Positions 46,866 through 57,236 of a stretch of DNA of 64,000 nucleotides are shown here, piece after piece. The stretch lies in the IMG/VR virus record IMGVR_UViG_2657245113_000004, positions 1 through 64,000 of that record. The stretch is one strand, 5' to 3'. A program made the translations under genes and the position numbers. Position 1 is the stretch's first letter. Every line of letters starts with the position of its first letter. Below the pieces are notes generated by a model. It was given only the letters and a program-made list of their open reading frames with translations. It was not told the origin of the DNA and searched no databases. The DNA is from an uncultured virus (IMG/VR IMGVR_UViG_2657245113_000004). Lineage: Duplodnaviria; Heunggongvirae; Uroviricota; Caudoviricetes.

Positions 46866-49800
46866 ATGACTTACGATCCGCAACAACAACGTCCAGAAGC
46901 GCAAACCAGTAACAGTAATCGTGAAACACTCAATATCCAGCAACCAGGTGAGAATGCTAATACTGGTTTCGACTGGGGTGCCGTCAGGGCAGCGCGTGAG
47001 GCTGCTGGACGGCAGTCAAAAGCTCCGCAAGCCAATGATCCTAGTATAGGTTTAAAAGATGTACTCCTTTCTGCGGCAGCAGCGCCCGCTGATATTATTA
47101 GTGGTAACGTTCAAATGTTTAAGGCTGGCAATCAGCTTTTGGATGATAAAGCATCAGAATATCGAAGTGGTGAGAAGAAACCGCTGATTGATATTCCGGT
47201 TAGCCCTGAAATGCTGAAGGTGATGCGGGATAGTGGCGGTAACTCAATAGCAAATGCCGGTAATACATTAGTTGAACGCGCAGGTTCTTTGGCCGAAAAC
47301 ATATCGAAAGACATTAAAAATAATTACAGTGATGATGCTAAGCAAGCTGCTGCTATGACATTTATCGAACGAGATAAGGACGGAAACCTTCAGGCTGGTG
47401 CTGGGATGTTCGACAAAGATGCTTGGTTGATTAACGCTATTCCCACTATTTCTCAAATGATTGGTTCAGGTGCATTTGCTAAGTTTGGCGCAAAAGCTGT
47501 TTCGCGGGGAGTTGAACAAGCGACCTATGAAAGACTTAAAAAGTCTGTGCCAGATGCTGTTGCGAGGGAGACTGCTCAACTGGCCGGTGAGAAGGCCAGA
47601 GAGATTGCCCAAAAAACGGGATTTGTTGGCATTATGGCTGGTACCGCACAAGGTTCTTCTGGTAATGAAATGCGCGATGAGATCAATGCATTGCCCTTTG
47701 ATCAGTTAGTGCAAAGCCCAACCTTTCAAAAAGCCTTTTCTACCATAGATTCGGATCCAAATAACTCAGCACTGTCAGATACACAAAAATTAACGCTGGC
47801 TCGCAATCAGGTTGCAGAACAGGCCGCGAGCAGTGTGACGGTAGACCCGCGCATGCTAGCGATAAACATTGCAGCCTCTACATTGGGCGATCACACCTTA
47901 TTGAGTTTGCTGACCAAAAAAGGGGCGGCTTCTGGCGTTATTTCCGGGGCTTCATTAGGTGCAGCAGCGGAAGGTGGAACTGAGTTCACTCAGGGTGCAG
48001 CCCAGCGCTACGTTCAAAATCAGCAGTTAATTGACACCGCAGGTCAGAAAATAGATCCGATGAAAGGGGTGGTAGAGACCGGAGCCAATAATGCGGTATT
48101 AGGGGCTGGCATTGGTGGCGCAGCTGGTACCATCGGTGGGATTCGCGGCCACAGGTCAGCAGCAGAAGCAACATCAGAAACCCCCGTTAATGCTGACGGT
48201 TCACCGGTATCTGAAAGTATCGATCCCTCCCAACAGCCAGAAAGTCCGGCTTCCCCTGAAGTGGCAGTACAACAAAACTCAGTCAGTGAAAATGGTGTAC
48301 CCAACTCTCAAATTGATGATTTCCGCGATACCCCAGCTTACTTACGTCAGGATCCTCGGGTACAAGGCTTTGCTGATGATAGCGATGTTCAACGTTCACT
48401 TGCAGAGCCAGAAGCACAACCGACCGCACAAGATCTGATTCAGCAACAAATGGAGTCGGGCGAGCAGGGTTATACACCTGATGAGATATCGATACTTCAG
48501 CAAGCTGATCAGATCCGGGCGCAGCGAACTCCACGCCTGCCAGCTCCCGGTAATATTCATCCGGGTGAAGGTTTCCCAATGCCAGGACCAATTCAAGGTG
48601 ATGAACCTCAAGCGGGTTCCGCGCCACAATTCACAGCCGGGGAACAGACTCGTGGGCAAGTGTATTTGCCGAGGGAGCAGGCAGAGCAGCAAGGTGCGGT
48701 CAGAGAAACCCATACCTACGATGGGCAAACGGATCCGCAGGCCATTACGGATAAAAACATCATCTTTGCTGATGGACCTGTAGTTAATCCTGATGATGTT
48801 CAGTCAGGGAAAGCGCCGCAGTTTGAGGGCGGGCAGCGTAAAGATGTGCGCCGCTTTACTGAGGCGATGGGAGCGCAGTCTGAAACAGCGATTACCGATC
48901 AGCGTCAGCGTGCTGGTGGTGTCCCTATAGATGCACGTACCGAAGCTTATGCAAAAGGTGAAACTCTTGGCGAGTTGAGATTGCACCACGGCAAGCCATT
49001 CCCTAATGAGAAAGTGGCCAGATTCACTAAGTGGGCAAAAATGCCAGGTGCTGTTATTGAGCCAGTAGGCGACGGTTTTGGCGTGCGATTACCTGCAAAA
49101 TCAACTGATAGCGGTATTGCATCAACCAAAGAGGGGCATATTGAATCAGGAACTCCACAAGGCGAGTTGAGATTGCACCACGGCAAGCCATTCCCCAATG
49201 AAAAAGTAGCCAGATTCACGAAATGGGCCAAGATGCCGGGGGCGGTGATTGAACCGGTTGGTGATGGTTTTGGTGTGCGATTGCCACCTGAGCCAACAAC
49301 GGCAAATACGAAAACAGCGCCCTCTAATGAGGGCGTTGTGGCGTCTGGTGAGCAGCAAGTCGGTGAATTAAGACTGCATCTCGGCAAACCCTTCAACAGT
49401 GAGAAAGTCGCTAAGTATTCCAAATGGGGCAGGATGCCGGGTGCCACGATTGAACCGGTAGGAAAGGGGTATGGTGTCCGCTTACCCGTACCTGAGCCAG
49501 TGGGTCAAGCCAAAAACAGGGACGCCAAAATTGATGATTTTGGTGAGGAACTTAAGGGGGCGGCGAAGCATAAATGGGGCCAATTGGCAGAGTCACTGAA
49601 AGCCGATCATGATATTGAAGAAATTAAGAAACAGCCTCTTTCGAAACTATTCCCGCACCCTGATTACACCAAAATGCATGAGAATGGCATTGAACCAGAG
49701 AAACTGGCATTGCTTGCGGCATTACGTTCGTTTATCCCCACCAAGCCGGGATCCCCTTATAAGCTTAATCAGTGGGCTGAACAGGTTAAGGGGGTTCGTG

Positions 49801-52800
49801 ATTTAGCGAGTTCCATTATCAATAGCCATGCGAGTGTTGACGATATAAAAACCATTTTCCGCAGTAAGTCCTCCTTACGTTCTGCCGCAGATGCTATTGA
49901 CTTAATCTCGCAGTTTAAGCCTGAGCATATGGCCGAAGCGTCAAAATACTCAATTCGTTCCGGCCATTACACTTACTTTGATGGCAAGAGCTATCCCGGT
50001 GGGAAAACCCTATATGAGCTGGTTACCCCTGGAGGGATGAAAACTGATATTTCAGCGGGTTCAATGCCGGAGCTATTACCCAAAGCCAAGGAATTTATTG
50101 AGACCAAGATTAATAGTGATAAAGGAGATGACGCGCTTAAACAGGCTCAGTTAACGCCTAGACAGGCTAAGTTAGAGATCTATACCCGACGGGCAGACAA
50201 GAGTGTGTTTATTGGCTACAAAGGGGCCATGGGCGTGTTACCGCTTAAAGCTGGCTTCAAAACACCTATCGAAGCACGCGCTTATCTGGCAGAGAATCGC
50301 GCTGAAATTGAAGCCAAACTGGATAAATTACGCAAAGTCTCTCGCGAGGAACAACGCAAAGCGACTAATGAGCCACGTACTGGTATTGAGCGTCGTAAGG
50401 GTAATGTGACGCCTGAACAATTTAGTGATGCCTTCGGCTTCCGCGGGGTGCAGTTTGGTAACTATGTTGAGGGGCCACGCCGTCAATCTGAATTAAACGA
50501 CGCCTATGACTCCCTGATCGATATGGCCGAATTACTGAGTGTGCCGACCAAAGCCCTCTCTCTCAATGGTGAATTGGGGCTGGCATTTGGCGCACGGGGT
50601 AAGGGCGGGACCAAAGCCCATTATGAGCCTGGGCAAGTGGTTATCAATCTAACCAAAGGTAATGGCGCAGGCTCACTTGCACATGAGTGGTTCCATGCAC
50701 TGGATAACTATTTTGGTACCTATGATGTCCATGGCGAGTCGTCCGGTAAGCGTTCATCTGAATTTATTACCGATCGTATACGACCTCGTTATGAGTTTAG
50801 CAGTGGTAAAAGGCAAGAGATTACTCATCCGGTCAGGCAAGAGGTATATGACGCCTTTAAGAGCGCAGTCATGAAAGTCACTAATAGTGGAATGAGGGAA
50901 CGGGCGGCAATACTGGACAGTGGGCGAAGCAAAGCATATTGGACAACTAAACTGGAAATGTCAGCGCGAGCATTTGAACGCTATCTGCTGGATAAAGCCG
51001 AGAGTAAAGGTATCACTAACGATTATCTGGTTAACCTGCGCAAAGCTGACGAACACGCAAATCCTAAAACCTATGCTTATCCAACCGAAGCTGAATTAAA
51101 TGGCGGCGTGCGCCAGGCATTTGATCACCTATTCCAAACCCTCAAAACCAAGCCAACCGATAAAGGTATCACTTTCTACTCGCGTAAGGGTACTGACATT
51201 GGCAAAGGCAATGTGATTTCAGATACCGGTCACACTGCTGCTGGCGACAAACCCACTCAGGGAATAAGGCAAGGGCGGGCTCAAGTTATCTCTGATGTCT
51301 GGGTGCGCAATTTGAATGGTGCAGCCAAAATTAAAGTTAAGGTAGTGCAAACCCAAGCTGAAGCGGCTGCCATGATGCCGAGCGGGATCCCGAAAGAATT
51401 CGGCATTGTCCATGCCATTTATCAACCGGAACTCAGCCGGGTGATTGTGGTAGCGGATAACATTACTTCTGATCGCGAGCTTCGGGCTAAATTGCGTCAT
51501 GAGGTCTTGGCGCACCATGGGCTAGCTTCCGTCATTGGCGATGTGGAATATGATCGTATCATGCGAGTGTTACATCAAACGCGCGACAGCAAAAATAAAG
51601 AAATTCAGGATGTCTGGCGGGAGGTCGATAAATCATATCGTAATGAGTCTCTCGAAATGCAGGCTAATGAGTTTTTGGCTCACATGGCTGAGCGTTCAGA
51701 ACTCACCGGCCTTGGAGCGATGTGGGACCGTTTTGTTTCTGTGCTGATCAATGGATTGAAGAAAACGGGCATCATGAATGCGAATGACATTTCCCCAACG
51801 GAAATACGTAATATTCTGCGCACGGTCGCCGGGCGCTTCAAAAAGACGGCTATGTATGATGGTGAACAGCCGGGAACGCGGGAGTTCGATAATACTTTCT
51901 CTCGGTCAGACGCACTGTATTCGAAACATGATGATGTGGGCCCACTCAAGCCATTACCAGTGGAATCCGAACAATATAGATCTGAGCTTGATAAAGCGAT
52001 GCGTTCGTTACGGTCCGATGACATAACGGTTTCAATAGGCAGAACACCGCCGGTACTCCGTGCGCTTGGCGCTCCCAATGTGGAGATGGTAATTTCTCGT
52101 GATACGGTACGTAAAGCGACCAATGGAATAAAACACAACGTACCGACTGAGGTCATTGAGCAGCTTCCTGAGCTGATGCATGACCCGTTAGCAGTATATC
52201 GCTCAGCAACACAGGATAACGCAATAGTTGCTCTTCTGGAGGCTCATGATGCAAACGGAAACCCGGTGGTTACTGCTATTCATATGAATGCAAAACGTGG
52301 GCGCTTGGAAGTTAATCGAGTTGCTTCAGTGTACGGCACAGTGGGGGGCATGGCGAAAGTTCAAGGTATGGAGGATGCTGGTTTAGCGTTATACCGCCGA
52401 GAAAAACAAAACCCCGATAAGCTTCGTTCTGTTGGGCTCCAATTGCCCAAGGAGAACACTTATCAGGGTTCAGAATCCCAATCTGGTACGGCCCAAGAGC
52501 TTCAATTGCTCAAACGCGGTTCACCAAATCAAGATTCAGTTGAAAATATACTCTCATCGACCGATATTCGCAAGAATAAGGCACTTTACTCCCGCACTGC
52601 TAACCCATCAATGGATGCTGAAACCAACCGCAAAATGGGCTTTAACGTTGAGCAGGGGTGGTTTGATAAGGCCAAGACTTTCTACGGCACCGTGACCAGC
52701 AAAGATAAAACGGAACTGAAAGCCTGGCTAAAAGAAACCGGCCGTAAACTCAATACTAAAACCTTTGATGGCATGGCTCCGCTGAAGTATGCCGAAGATG

Positions 52801-55181
52801 CCGCTGGTATCAATGATGCACGAAGTTCTGCCTACATTGGAGCGCGTATGGCTGCCGGAGCAGGCTCTGTTACTGCTGCCACTTTAGAGCATGGCTTGCC
52901 GCGCTATAACAAAGCCGAAGGGATAATCGAGCGTCAATCCGGTACCGGTAAAGAGGATGCTCTTATGGGTATTCTCGACGGACTGGGAAACCATCGGGAA
53001 AACTTCTTTAAATGGATCGCCGGCCATCGCTCTGAACGACTGATGAAAGAGGGCAAAGAGAACAACTTTAATGCTGACGAAATTGCTTATATGAAAACCC
53101 TCAACCGGGGTAATGAGGCTTTATTCGAAGGTCAAAAGAAAAAGTATGATGCCTTTATTAAGTCGATTCTGGATCTGCAACAGGATATGGGATTGATTGA
53201 TCCAGAAAGCCGCGCACAGTGGGAGGATGCCTGGTACTTGCCCTATTACCGTGAAGCAGAAAATGGTGAGGTGAAGGGGCCGTGGACCAGTAAAGGCATT
53301 GCTAACCAGAGCAGTACCGTGCGCAAGTTAAAAGGCAGCGATTTGACCATTAAGGATCCTATCGAAAACCTGTTTAACTACGTGGCGAAATCGGTCGATG
53401 CTTCGATGAAAAATGAAGCAATGCGCAGGTCAGTGGTGAACCTTGCTGATACTGGTGTGCTGGAGGTGATTGAATCACCGAACAAGATGGACTTTGAGCG
53501 CATCGGCAAAGATGTGGTGAAGGTGTTTGTTGATGGGCAGGAAAAACTGGTACAGGTTAATGATCCTGAACTGTATCGCGCCTTTACCATGATTGACCTT
53601 GAGCGCAGTAATTCCACCTTTATGAAAGCGGCCCGCCAGGCTAAAAAGGTACTGACCGTCAGCACCACATCAATGCCTGATTTTATCATCCGTAACTTTA
53701 TGCGTGACTCTATTCATTCATGGGCCATTAACAAAGATGGTTTTAAGCCGGTTATCGCTTCATGGGCCGGATTTAAAAAAGCATTACGCACTGATGATAG
53801 CCTGGTGGATATGATGTTTGCCGGTGCCACTTTTGGTGGTGGTTATTCGAATGTTTATGATCCGGCATCGACTGCTAAAACCATTCGTAGTGTTCTACGG
53901 CGTAAAGGTTACAACGATAGTCAGATACTAGAATTTGAGTCCTCAATCGCCCGCAACAGCAAAGAGGTGATGGGCAAGATTGAACAGGGTTTGCATAAAT
54001 ATAAAAATCTCAGTGAAGCAGCAGAAAACGCCAACCGACTGGCCACATATGAATCCGCCATTAAATCAGGGAAAAGTAAGGCGCAGGCAGCATTTGAGTC
54101 GCGTGACTTGATGGATTTCAGCATGATGGGGGCCAGTAATATCATGATAAACCTGAGTGATATGCTGCCGTTCTTCAACGCCCGGATGCAGGGGCTGAGT
54201 AAATTAGGCCGAGCTATCAAAGAGAATCCGCGCGAAGTGCTGAAACGCGGCGGCATGATCACCGCCGCCTCGCTGGCACTGATGGCGCTGAATTGGGACG
54301 ACAAACGTTATGAAGAGCTACAAGACTGGGATAAAGACACCTATTGGCATGCGTGGATTGGTGATCAGCATATCCGCTTTCCAAAACCGTTCGAGTTTGG
54401 CGCGATATTTGGCACTTTACCTGAGCGGTTTGTCCGCGCGCTGGGCGGTAAAGATACCGGGGCTAAATTTGGCAAGCTGGTGGCACATAACTTTATGGAA
54501 ACGATGGCATTCAACCCTATCCCACAAGTCGCGATGCCGATTGCCGAGGCTTATGTTAACTATGATTTCTTCAAAGGTGGGCCGATTGAGAACATGGCCG
54601 ACAGCAATTTGATGGCCGGGGCCCGTTATAATGACCAGACCAGCCTATTAATGCGTGAAATAGGTGAGGCGACCAATATGTCACCGAAGATGCTGGATCA
54701 TATTGTGATGGGTTACACCGGCAGCTTGGGCGGCTATGTGATGGGGGCGACCAATCTTCTGATGCGTAACCTGAAAGACTACGGCGAAACCCCGGCCATG
54801 CGGTTGGATGAGTTACCGGTGATTAAATCATTCTTCAGAGGTTCAGATCCGGCCAAGTCTACCCAGTTCACTGAAGATTTTTACCGCATGATGACCGAAG
54901 CCAACCAGATCAACAGCACTATTAACAGCTTCCGTAAGCAGGGGCGTGGCGATGATGCTAATGAATTGATAGAGGAAAATAGAGGGAAATTATCGCAGCG
55001 TCAGGGGCTAACAGCGACGCAAAAGCAAGTGAAAGCACTGAATGCCCAGATTGAAATGATGAGGCGGGACCGGATACTAACAGCGGATCAGAAAAGAGAA
55101 AAAATTGACCGGTTGATGGCAACCAGAAATAAACTGGTACAGCAGGCGGTGGAAAGGGTGAATCCGTATTTTAATAAGTGA
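46866..55181 (+). CDS. Giant polyvalent virion/ejection protein (LPD1-like, zincin-like, MuF-C-like and LPD38-like regions)
   Basis: 2771 aa; FGFRGVQFGN, SLAHEWFHALD, LRHEVLAHHG, GRTPPVL..LPELMHDP, FFNARMQG; last morphogenesis gene as in 933W-like phages. Confidence 0.85.
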   Translation: MTYDPQQQRPEAQTSNSNRETLNIQQPGENANTGFDWGAVRAAREAAGRQSKAPQANDPSIGLKDVLLSAAAAPADIISGNVQMFKAGNQLLDDKASEYRSGEKKPLIDIPVSPEMLKVMRDSGGNSIANAGNTLVERAGSLAENISKDIKNNYSDDAKQAAAMTFIERDKDGNLQAGAGMFDKDAWLINAIPTISQMIGSGAFAKFGAKAVSRGVEQATYERLKKSVPDAVARETAQLAGEKAREIAQKTGFVGIMAGTAQGSSGNEMRDEINALPFDQLVQSPTFQKAFSTIDSDPNNSALSDTQKLTLARNQVAEQAASSVTVDPRMLAINIAASTLGDHTLLSLLTKKGAASGVISGASLGAAAEGGTEFTQGAAQRYVQNQQLIDTAGQKIDPMKGVVETGANNAVLGAGIGGAAGTIGGIRGHRSAAEATSETPVNADGSPVSESIDPSQQPESPASPEVAVQQNSVSENGVPNSQIDDFRDTPAYLRQDPRVQGFADDSDVQRSLAEPEAQPTAQDLIQQQMESGEQGYTPDEISILQQADQIRAQRTPRLPAPGNIHPGEGFPMPGPIQGDEPQAGSAPQFTAGEQTRGQVYLPREQAEQQGAVRETHTYDGQTDPQAITDKNIIFADGPVVNPDDVQSGKAPQFEGGQRKDVRRFTEAMGAQSETAITDQRQRAGGVPIDARTEAYAKGETLGELRLHHGKPFPNEKVARFTKWAKMPGAVIEPVGDGFGVRLPAKSTDSGIASTKEGHIESGTPQGELRLHHGKPFPNEKVARFTKWAKMPGAVIEPVGDGFGVRLPPEPTTANTKTAPSNEGVVASGEQQVGELRLHLGKPFNSEKVAKYSKWGRMPGATIEPVGKGYGVRLPVPEPVGQAKNRDAKIDDFGEELKGAAKHKWGQLAESLKADHDIEEIKKQPLSKLFPHPDYTKMHENGIEPEKLALLAALRSFIPTKPGSPYKLNQWAEQVKGVRDLASSIINSHASVDDIKTIFRSKSSLRSAADAIDLISQFKPEHMAEASKYSIRSGHYTYFDGKSYPGGKTLYELVTPGGMKTDISAGSMPELLPKAKEFIETKINSDKGDDALKQAQLTPRQAKLEIYTRRADKSVFIGYKGAMGVLPLKAGFKTPIEARAYLAENRAEIEAKLDKLRKVSREEQRKATNEPRTGIERRKGNVTPEQFSDAFGFRGVQFGNYVEGPRRQSELNDAYDSLIDMAELLSVPTKALSLNGELGLAFGARGKGGTKAHYEPGQVVINLTKGNGAGSLAHEWFHALDNYFGTYDVHGESSGKRSSEFITDRIRPRYEFSSGKRQEITHPVRQEVYDAFKSAVMKVTNSGMRERAAILDSGRSKAYWTTKLEMSARAFERYLLDKAESKGITNDYLVNLRKADEHANPKTYAYPTEAELNGGVRQAFDHLFQTLKTKPTDKGITFYSRKGTDIGKGNVISDTGHTAAGDKPTQGIRQGRAQVISDVWVRNLNGAAKIKVKVVQTQAEAAAMMPSGIPKEFGIVHAIYQPELSRVIVVADNITSDRELRAKLRHEVLAHHGLASVIGDVEYDRIMRVLHQTRDSKNKEIQDVWREVDKSYRNESLEMQANEFLAHMAERSELTGLGAMWDRFVSVLINGLKKTGIMNANDISPTEIRNILRTVAGRFKKTAMYDGEQPGTREFDNTFSRSDALYSKHDDVGPLKPLPVESEQYRSELDKAMRSLRSDDITVSIGRTPPVLRALGAPNVEMVISRDTVRKATNGIKHNVPTEVIEQLPELMHDPLAVYRSATQDNAIVALLEAHDANGNPVVTAIHMNAKRGRLEVNRVASVYGTVGGMAKVQGMEDAGLALYRREKQNPDKLRSVGLQLPKENTYQGSESQSGTAQELQLLKRGSPNQDSVENILSSTDIRKNKALYSRTANPSMDAETNRKMGFNVEQGWFDKAKTFYGTVTSKDKTELKAWLKETGRKLNTKTFDGMAPLKYAEDAAGINDARSSAYIGARMAAGAGSVTAATLEHGLPRYNKAEGIIERQSGTGKEDALMGILDGLGNHRENFFKWIAGHRSERLMKEGKENNFNADEIAYMKTLNRGNEALFEGQKKKYDAFIKSILDLQQDMGLIDPESRAQWEDAWYLPYYREAENGEVKGPWTSKGIANQSSTVRKLKGSDLTIKDPIENLFNYVAKSVDASMKNEAMRRSVVNLADTGVLEVIESPNKMDFERIGKDVVKVFVDGQEKLVQVNDPELYRAFTMIDLERSNSTFMKAARQAKKVLTVSTTSMPDFIIRNFMRDSIHSWAINKDGFKPVIASWAGFKKALRTDDSLVDMMFAGATFGGGYSNVYDPASTAKTIRSVLRRKGYNDSQILEFESSIARNSKEVMGKIEQGLHKYKNLSEAAENANRLATYESAIKSGKSKAQAAFESRDLMDFSMMGASNIMINLSDMLPFFNARMQGLSKLGRAIKENPREVLKRGGMITAASLALMALNWDDKRYEELQDWDKDTYWHAWIGDQHIRFPKPFEFGAIFGTLPERFVRALGGKDTGAKFGKLVAHNFMETMAFNPIPQVAMPIAEAYVNYDFFKGGPIENMADSNLMAGARYNDQTSLLMREIGEATNMSPKMLDHIVMGYTGSLGGYVMGATNLLMRNLKDYGETPAMRLDELPVIKSFFRGSDPAKSTQFTEDFYRMMTEANQINSTINSFRKQGRGDDANELIEENRGKLSQRQGLTATQKQVKALNAQIEMMRRDRILTADQKREKIDRLMATRNKLVQQAVERVNPYFNK
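48969..49487 (+). repeat. Three 42-codon repeats in the giant protein
   Basis: 48969-49094, 49161-49286 and 49362-49487 encode GELRLH.GKPF..EKVA...KW..MPGA.IEPVG.G.GVRLP. Confidence 0.92.
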
Positions 55182-55542
55182 ATTGAAAGGGAGTTTGGAA
55201 GGACTCCCTGATTTATTAACTTTTGGGTAAAGTGATTTTGTTATGGTTATAGATGGTTTGGCTTGCCAATTCGATTGCAGCCTCGCCTGAGTGTAATTAG
55301 ATCTGACAGAAGGCTCTGTGCCAAAAGAGTACTTAAGAAAATGGTAAATCTACATTAAGTGCGGCGCTATAATTCTTCTGATTCAGATAGACATGCACGT
55401 AAATTCATTTTTGTGAAAGTGATCTTTAAAAGAATATAAATCAATGTGTTATTATGAAATTGTGATACTACAGCATTATATTAAACTACACATGTGTACT
55501 CACAAAATTTTGGGACTGGTCTTGTTGACTGTATAAAAAGGA

Positions 55543-56622
55543 GTGATTATGTGTGAAAATCCTATGGACAATAATGAATCCGAACAAAAAAATGCTATAC
55601 AAGAACAAATTGCAGAAATTCTTGTGGGCTATGAACTTGCCCCTCGGCAGGGGATGAACTCAGTACATGTAGGTCGCTGGATTGAGCAATTTGAGGAAAG
55701 AGACAAACTTTTCATTCTTGAGCAAACGCTGGCGTTACTTCGAAATGCATATATCAACAAAAATGATTATGTAGAAAAAATTAATGATATTCTCAGGAGT
55801 GAGAATAATAGACCTATTATCCACGAATCAGCATTCCTTAATATACAAGAAACAAATCGTGGGACTAGTCAGATTAATTTACTGGAACTTTTAGAAACCC
55901 AAGCAGAGGGATTCGAAGGATTAGGTATAGTTACCTTATCAAGAAATTCCAAAAACAAAAGAGTTGCACAATTCAATAAATTCATTTACTTCGACGATGT
56001 TTGTTTTTCAGGGAACAAGGCTTTTAGCGATATTACTTGGTTTGTAGAACACTTTAACCTAAGTAATGTGACTATCCGCGTGTGGTTCCTAGGGACTCAT
56101 AGATATGCAACTTATATGCTAGAGACAACTCTTGCGGAAAGGTTTCAAGGGCGAAATATCAGACTTATTATCAAAAAAAACGGATTCATCAAAACGCGCG
56201 AAAATCGCCTTAGTTATTCCTCATCTTCTGAAGTTTTCTGGTTACGTAGTAATGGTATTGACCTACCAGACTGGATCCAACATCCGGCGATCTATACATC
56301 GCGCAAAGGCACTGAAAGGACCCATTTTAGGCCAAACGACATATTCCTCAAGATGGCTGATCGCTATCGTTTTGAATATGCACTGACAAAGGCTGGTTTT
56401 TATATACTTCAGCAAAGTCAAAATCCCGCTCCGATTCTCAAACCTCTCGGCTTTTCAACATTCCCTGGACTAGGGTTCGGTGGAACCATTTTCACTTATC
56501 GAAATTGTCCAAATAATACTCCATTAGCTTTCTGGTGGGGAAGATATGAGCGCGATGGGATCCCAAACTGGGCACTGGATTGCTGGTATCCATTGATGCG
56601 CAGAACCGGGTATAATCAGTAA
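55543..56622 (+). CDS. Phosphoribosyltransferase-like protein (conflict-system type)
   Basis: PRPP-loop-like FIYFDDVCFSGNK and C-terminal LGFG..FTYRNCPNNT..FWW..WYPLMRR. Confidence 0.7.
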   Translation: MIMCENPMDNNESEQKNAIQEQIAEILVGYELAPRQGMNSVHVGRWIEQFEERDKLFILEQTLALLRNAYINKNDYVEKINDILRSENNRPIIHESAFLNIQETNRGTSQINLLELLETQAEGFEGLGIVTLSRNSKNKRVAQFNKFIYFDDVCFSGNKAFSDITWFVEHFNLSNVTIRVWFLGTHRYATYMLETTLAERFQGRNIRLIIKKNGFIKTRENRLSYSSSSEVFWLRSNGIDLPDWIQHPAIYTSRKGTERTHFRPNDIFLKMADRYRFEYALTKAGFYILQQSQNPAPILKPLGFSTFPGLGFGGTIFTYRNCPNNTPLAFWWGRYERDGIPNWALDCWYPLMRRTGYNQ

Positions 56623-56624
56623 CT

Positions 56625-57236
56625 ATGAGCTACCGAATTTATCCAAACAATGAGACAGTCAGTTTCAGAAAAACGACGGAAAAATGGGGCGGGCTATCTA
56701 ACATGGCGCGAGGATTTCCGCTGTATGTTAACGATATTCCTATCCAGTCTAGTGAAATCCTCTATCAGGCCTGCCGTTACCCAGACTATCCGGAAATACA
56801 AAAGGAGATAATCACCCTAAGCAACCCCTTTGAGGCGAAGCAAGTAGCCAGATACTATGAGCCGAAAACACGTGATGGTTGGGAGAAAAATCGAGTCTCC
56901 ATAATGAAATGGTGCGTCCGCATAAAACTTTGCCAAAATTGGGAGGTTTTTTTTCAACTCCTTAATTCTACTGGTGTTATTAATATTGTTGAACATTCTG
57001 AAAAAGACCTTTTTTGGGGAGCTCGTCGTGAATCAGATGGCAGCTTTTACGGGATGAATGTACTTGGTAGAATACTCATGGAAACTAGAGAAATAGCTAG
57101 AGCTCGTGGGCAAGAAGGTTTTAAATTTATCCCCGCTCTGCAATTGGATAAATTTCTGCTGCTGGATGAACCGATCAAAGGTACTTTTGCACTAAAACCG
57201 GGGCCAGCCTCTGGGCAAACCATGGAATTGTTTTAG
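56625..57236 (+). CDS. NADAR (YbiA-like) family N-glycosidase
   Basis: GGLSNM, SSEILYQA, AKQ, W..MKW, IVEHSEKDLFWG, GMNVLGRILME. Confidence 0.9.
   Translation: MSYRIYPNNETVSFRKTTEKWGGLSNMARGFPLYVNDIPIQSSEILYQACRYPDYPEIQKEIITLSNPFEAKQVARYYEPKTRDGWEKNRVSIMKWCVRIKLCQNWEVFFQLLNSTGVINIVEHSEKDLFWGARRESDGSFYGMNVLGRILMETREIARARGQEGFKFIPALQLDKFLLLDEPIKGTFALKPGPASGQTMELF

Noticed and set aside
48969..49487. Possible DGR template/variable repeat or CRISPR
   Set aside because: Differences are mostly synonymous rather than adenine-specific, repeats are in frame, and no reverse transcriptase is present
55250..55335. Possible degenerate cassette-boundary repeat before the PRTase-NADAR operon
   Set aside because: Vaguely resembles repeats flanking enterobacterial cargo genes, but I could not match a convincing partner copy at the other end
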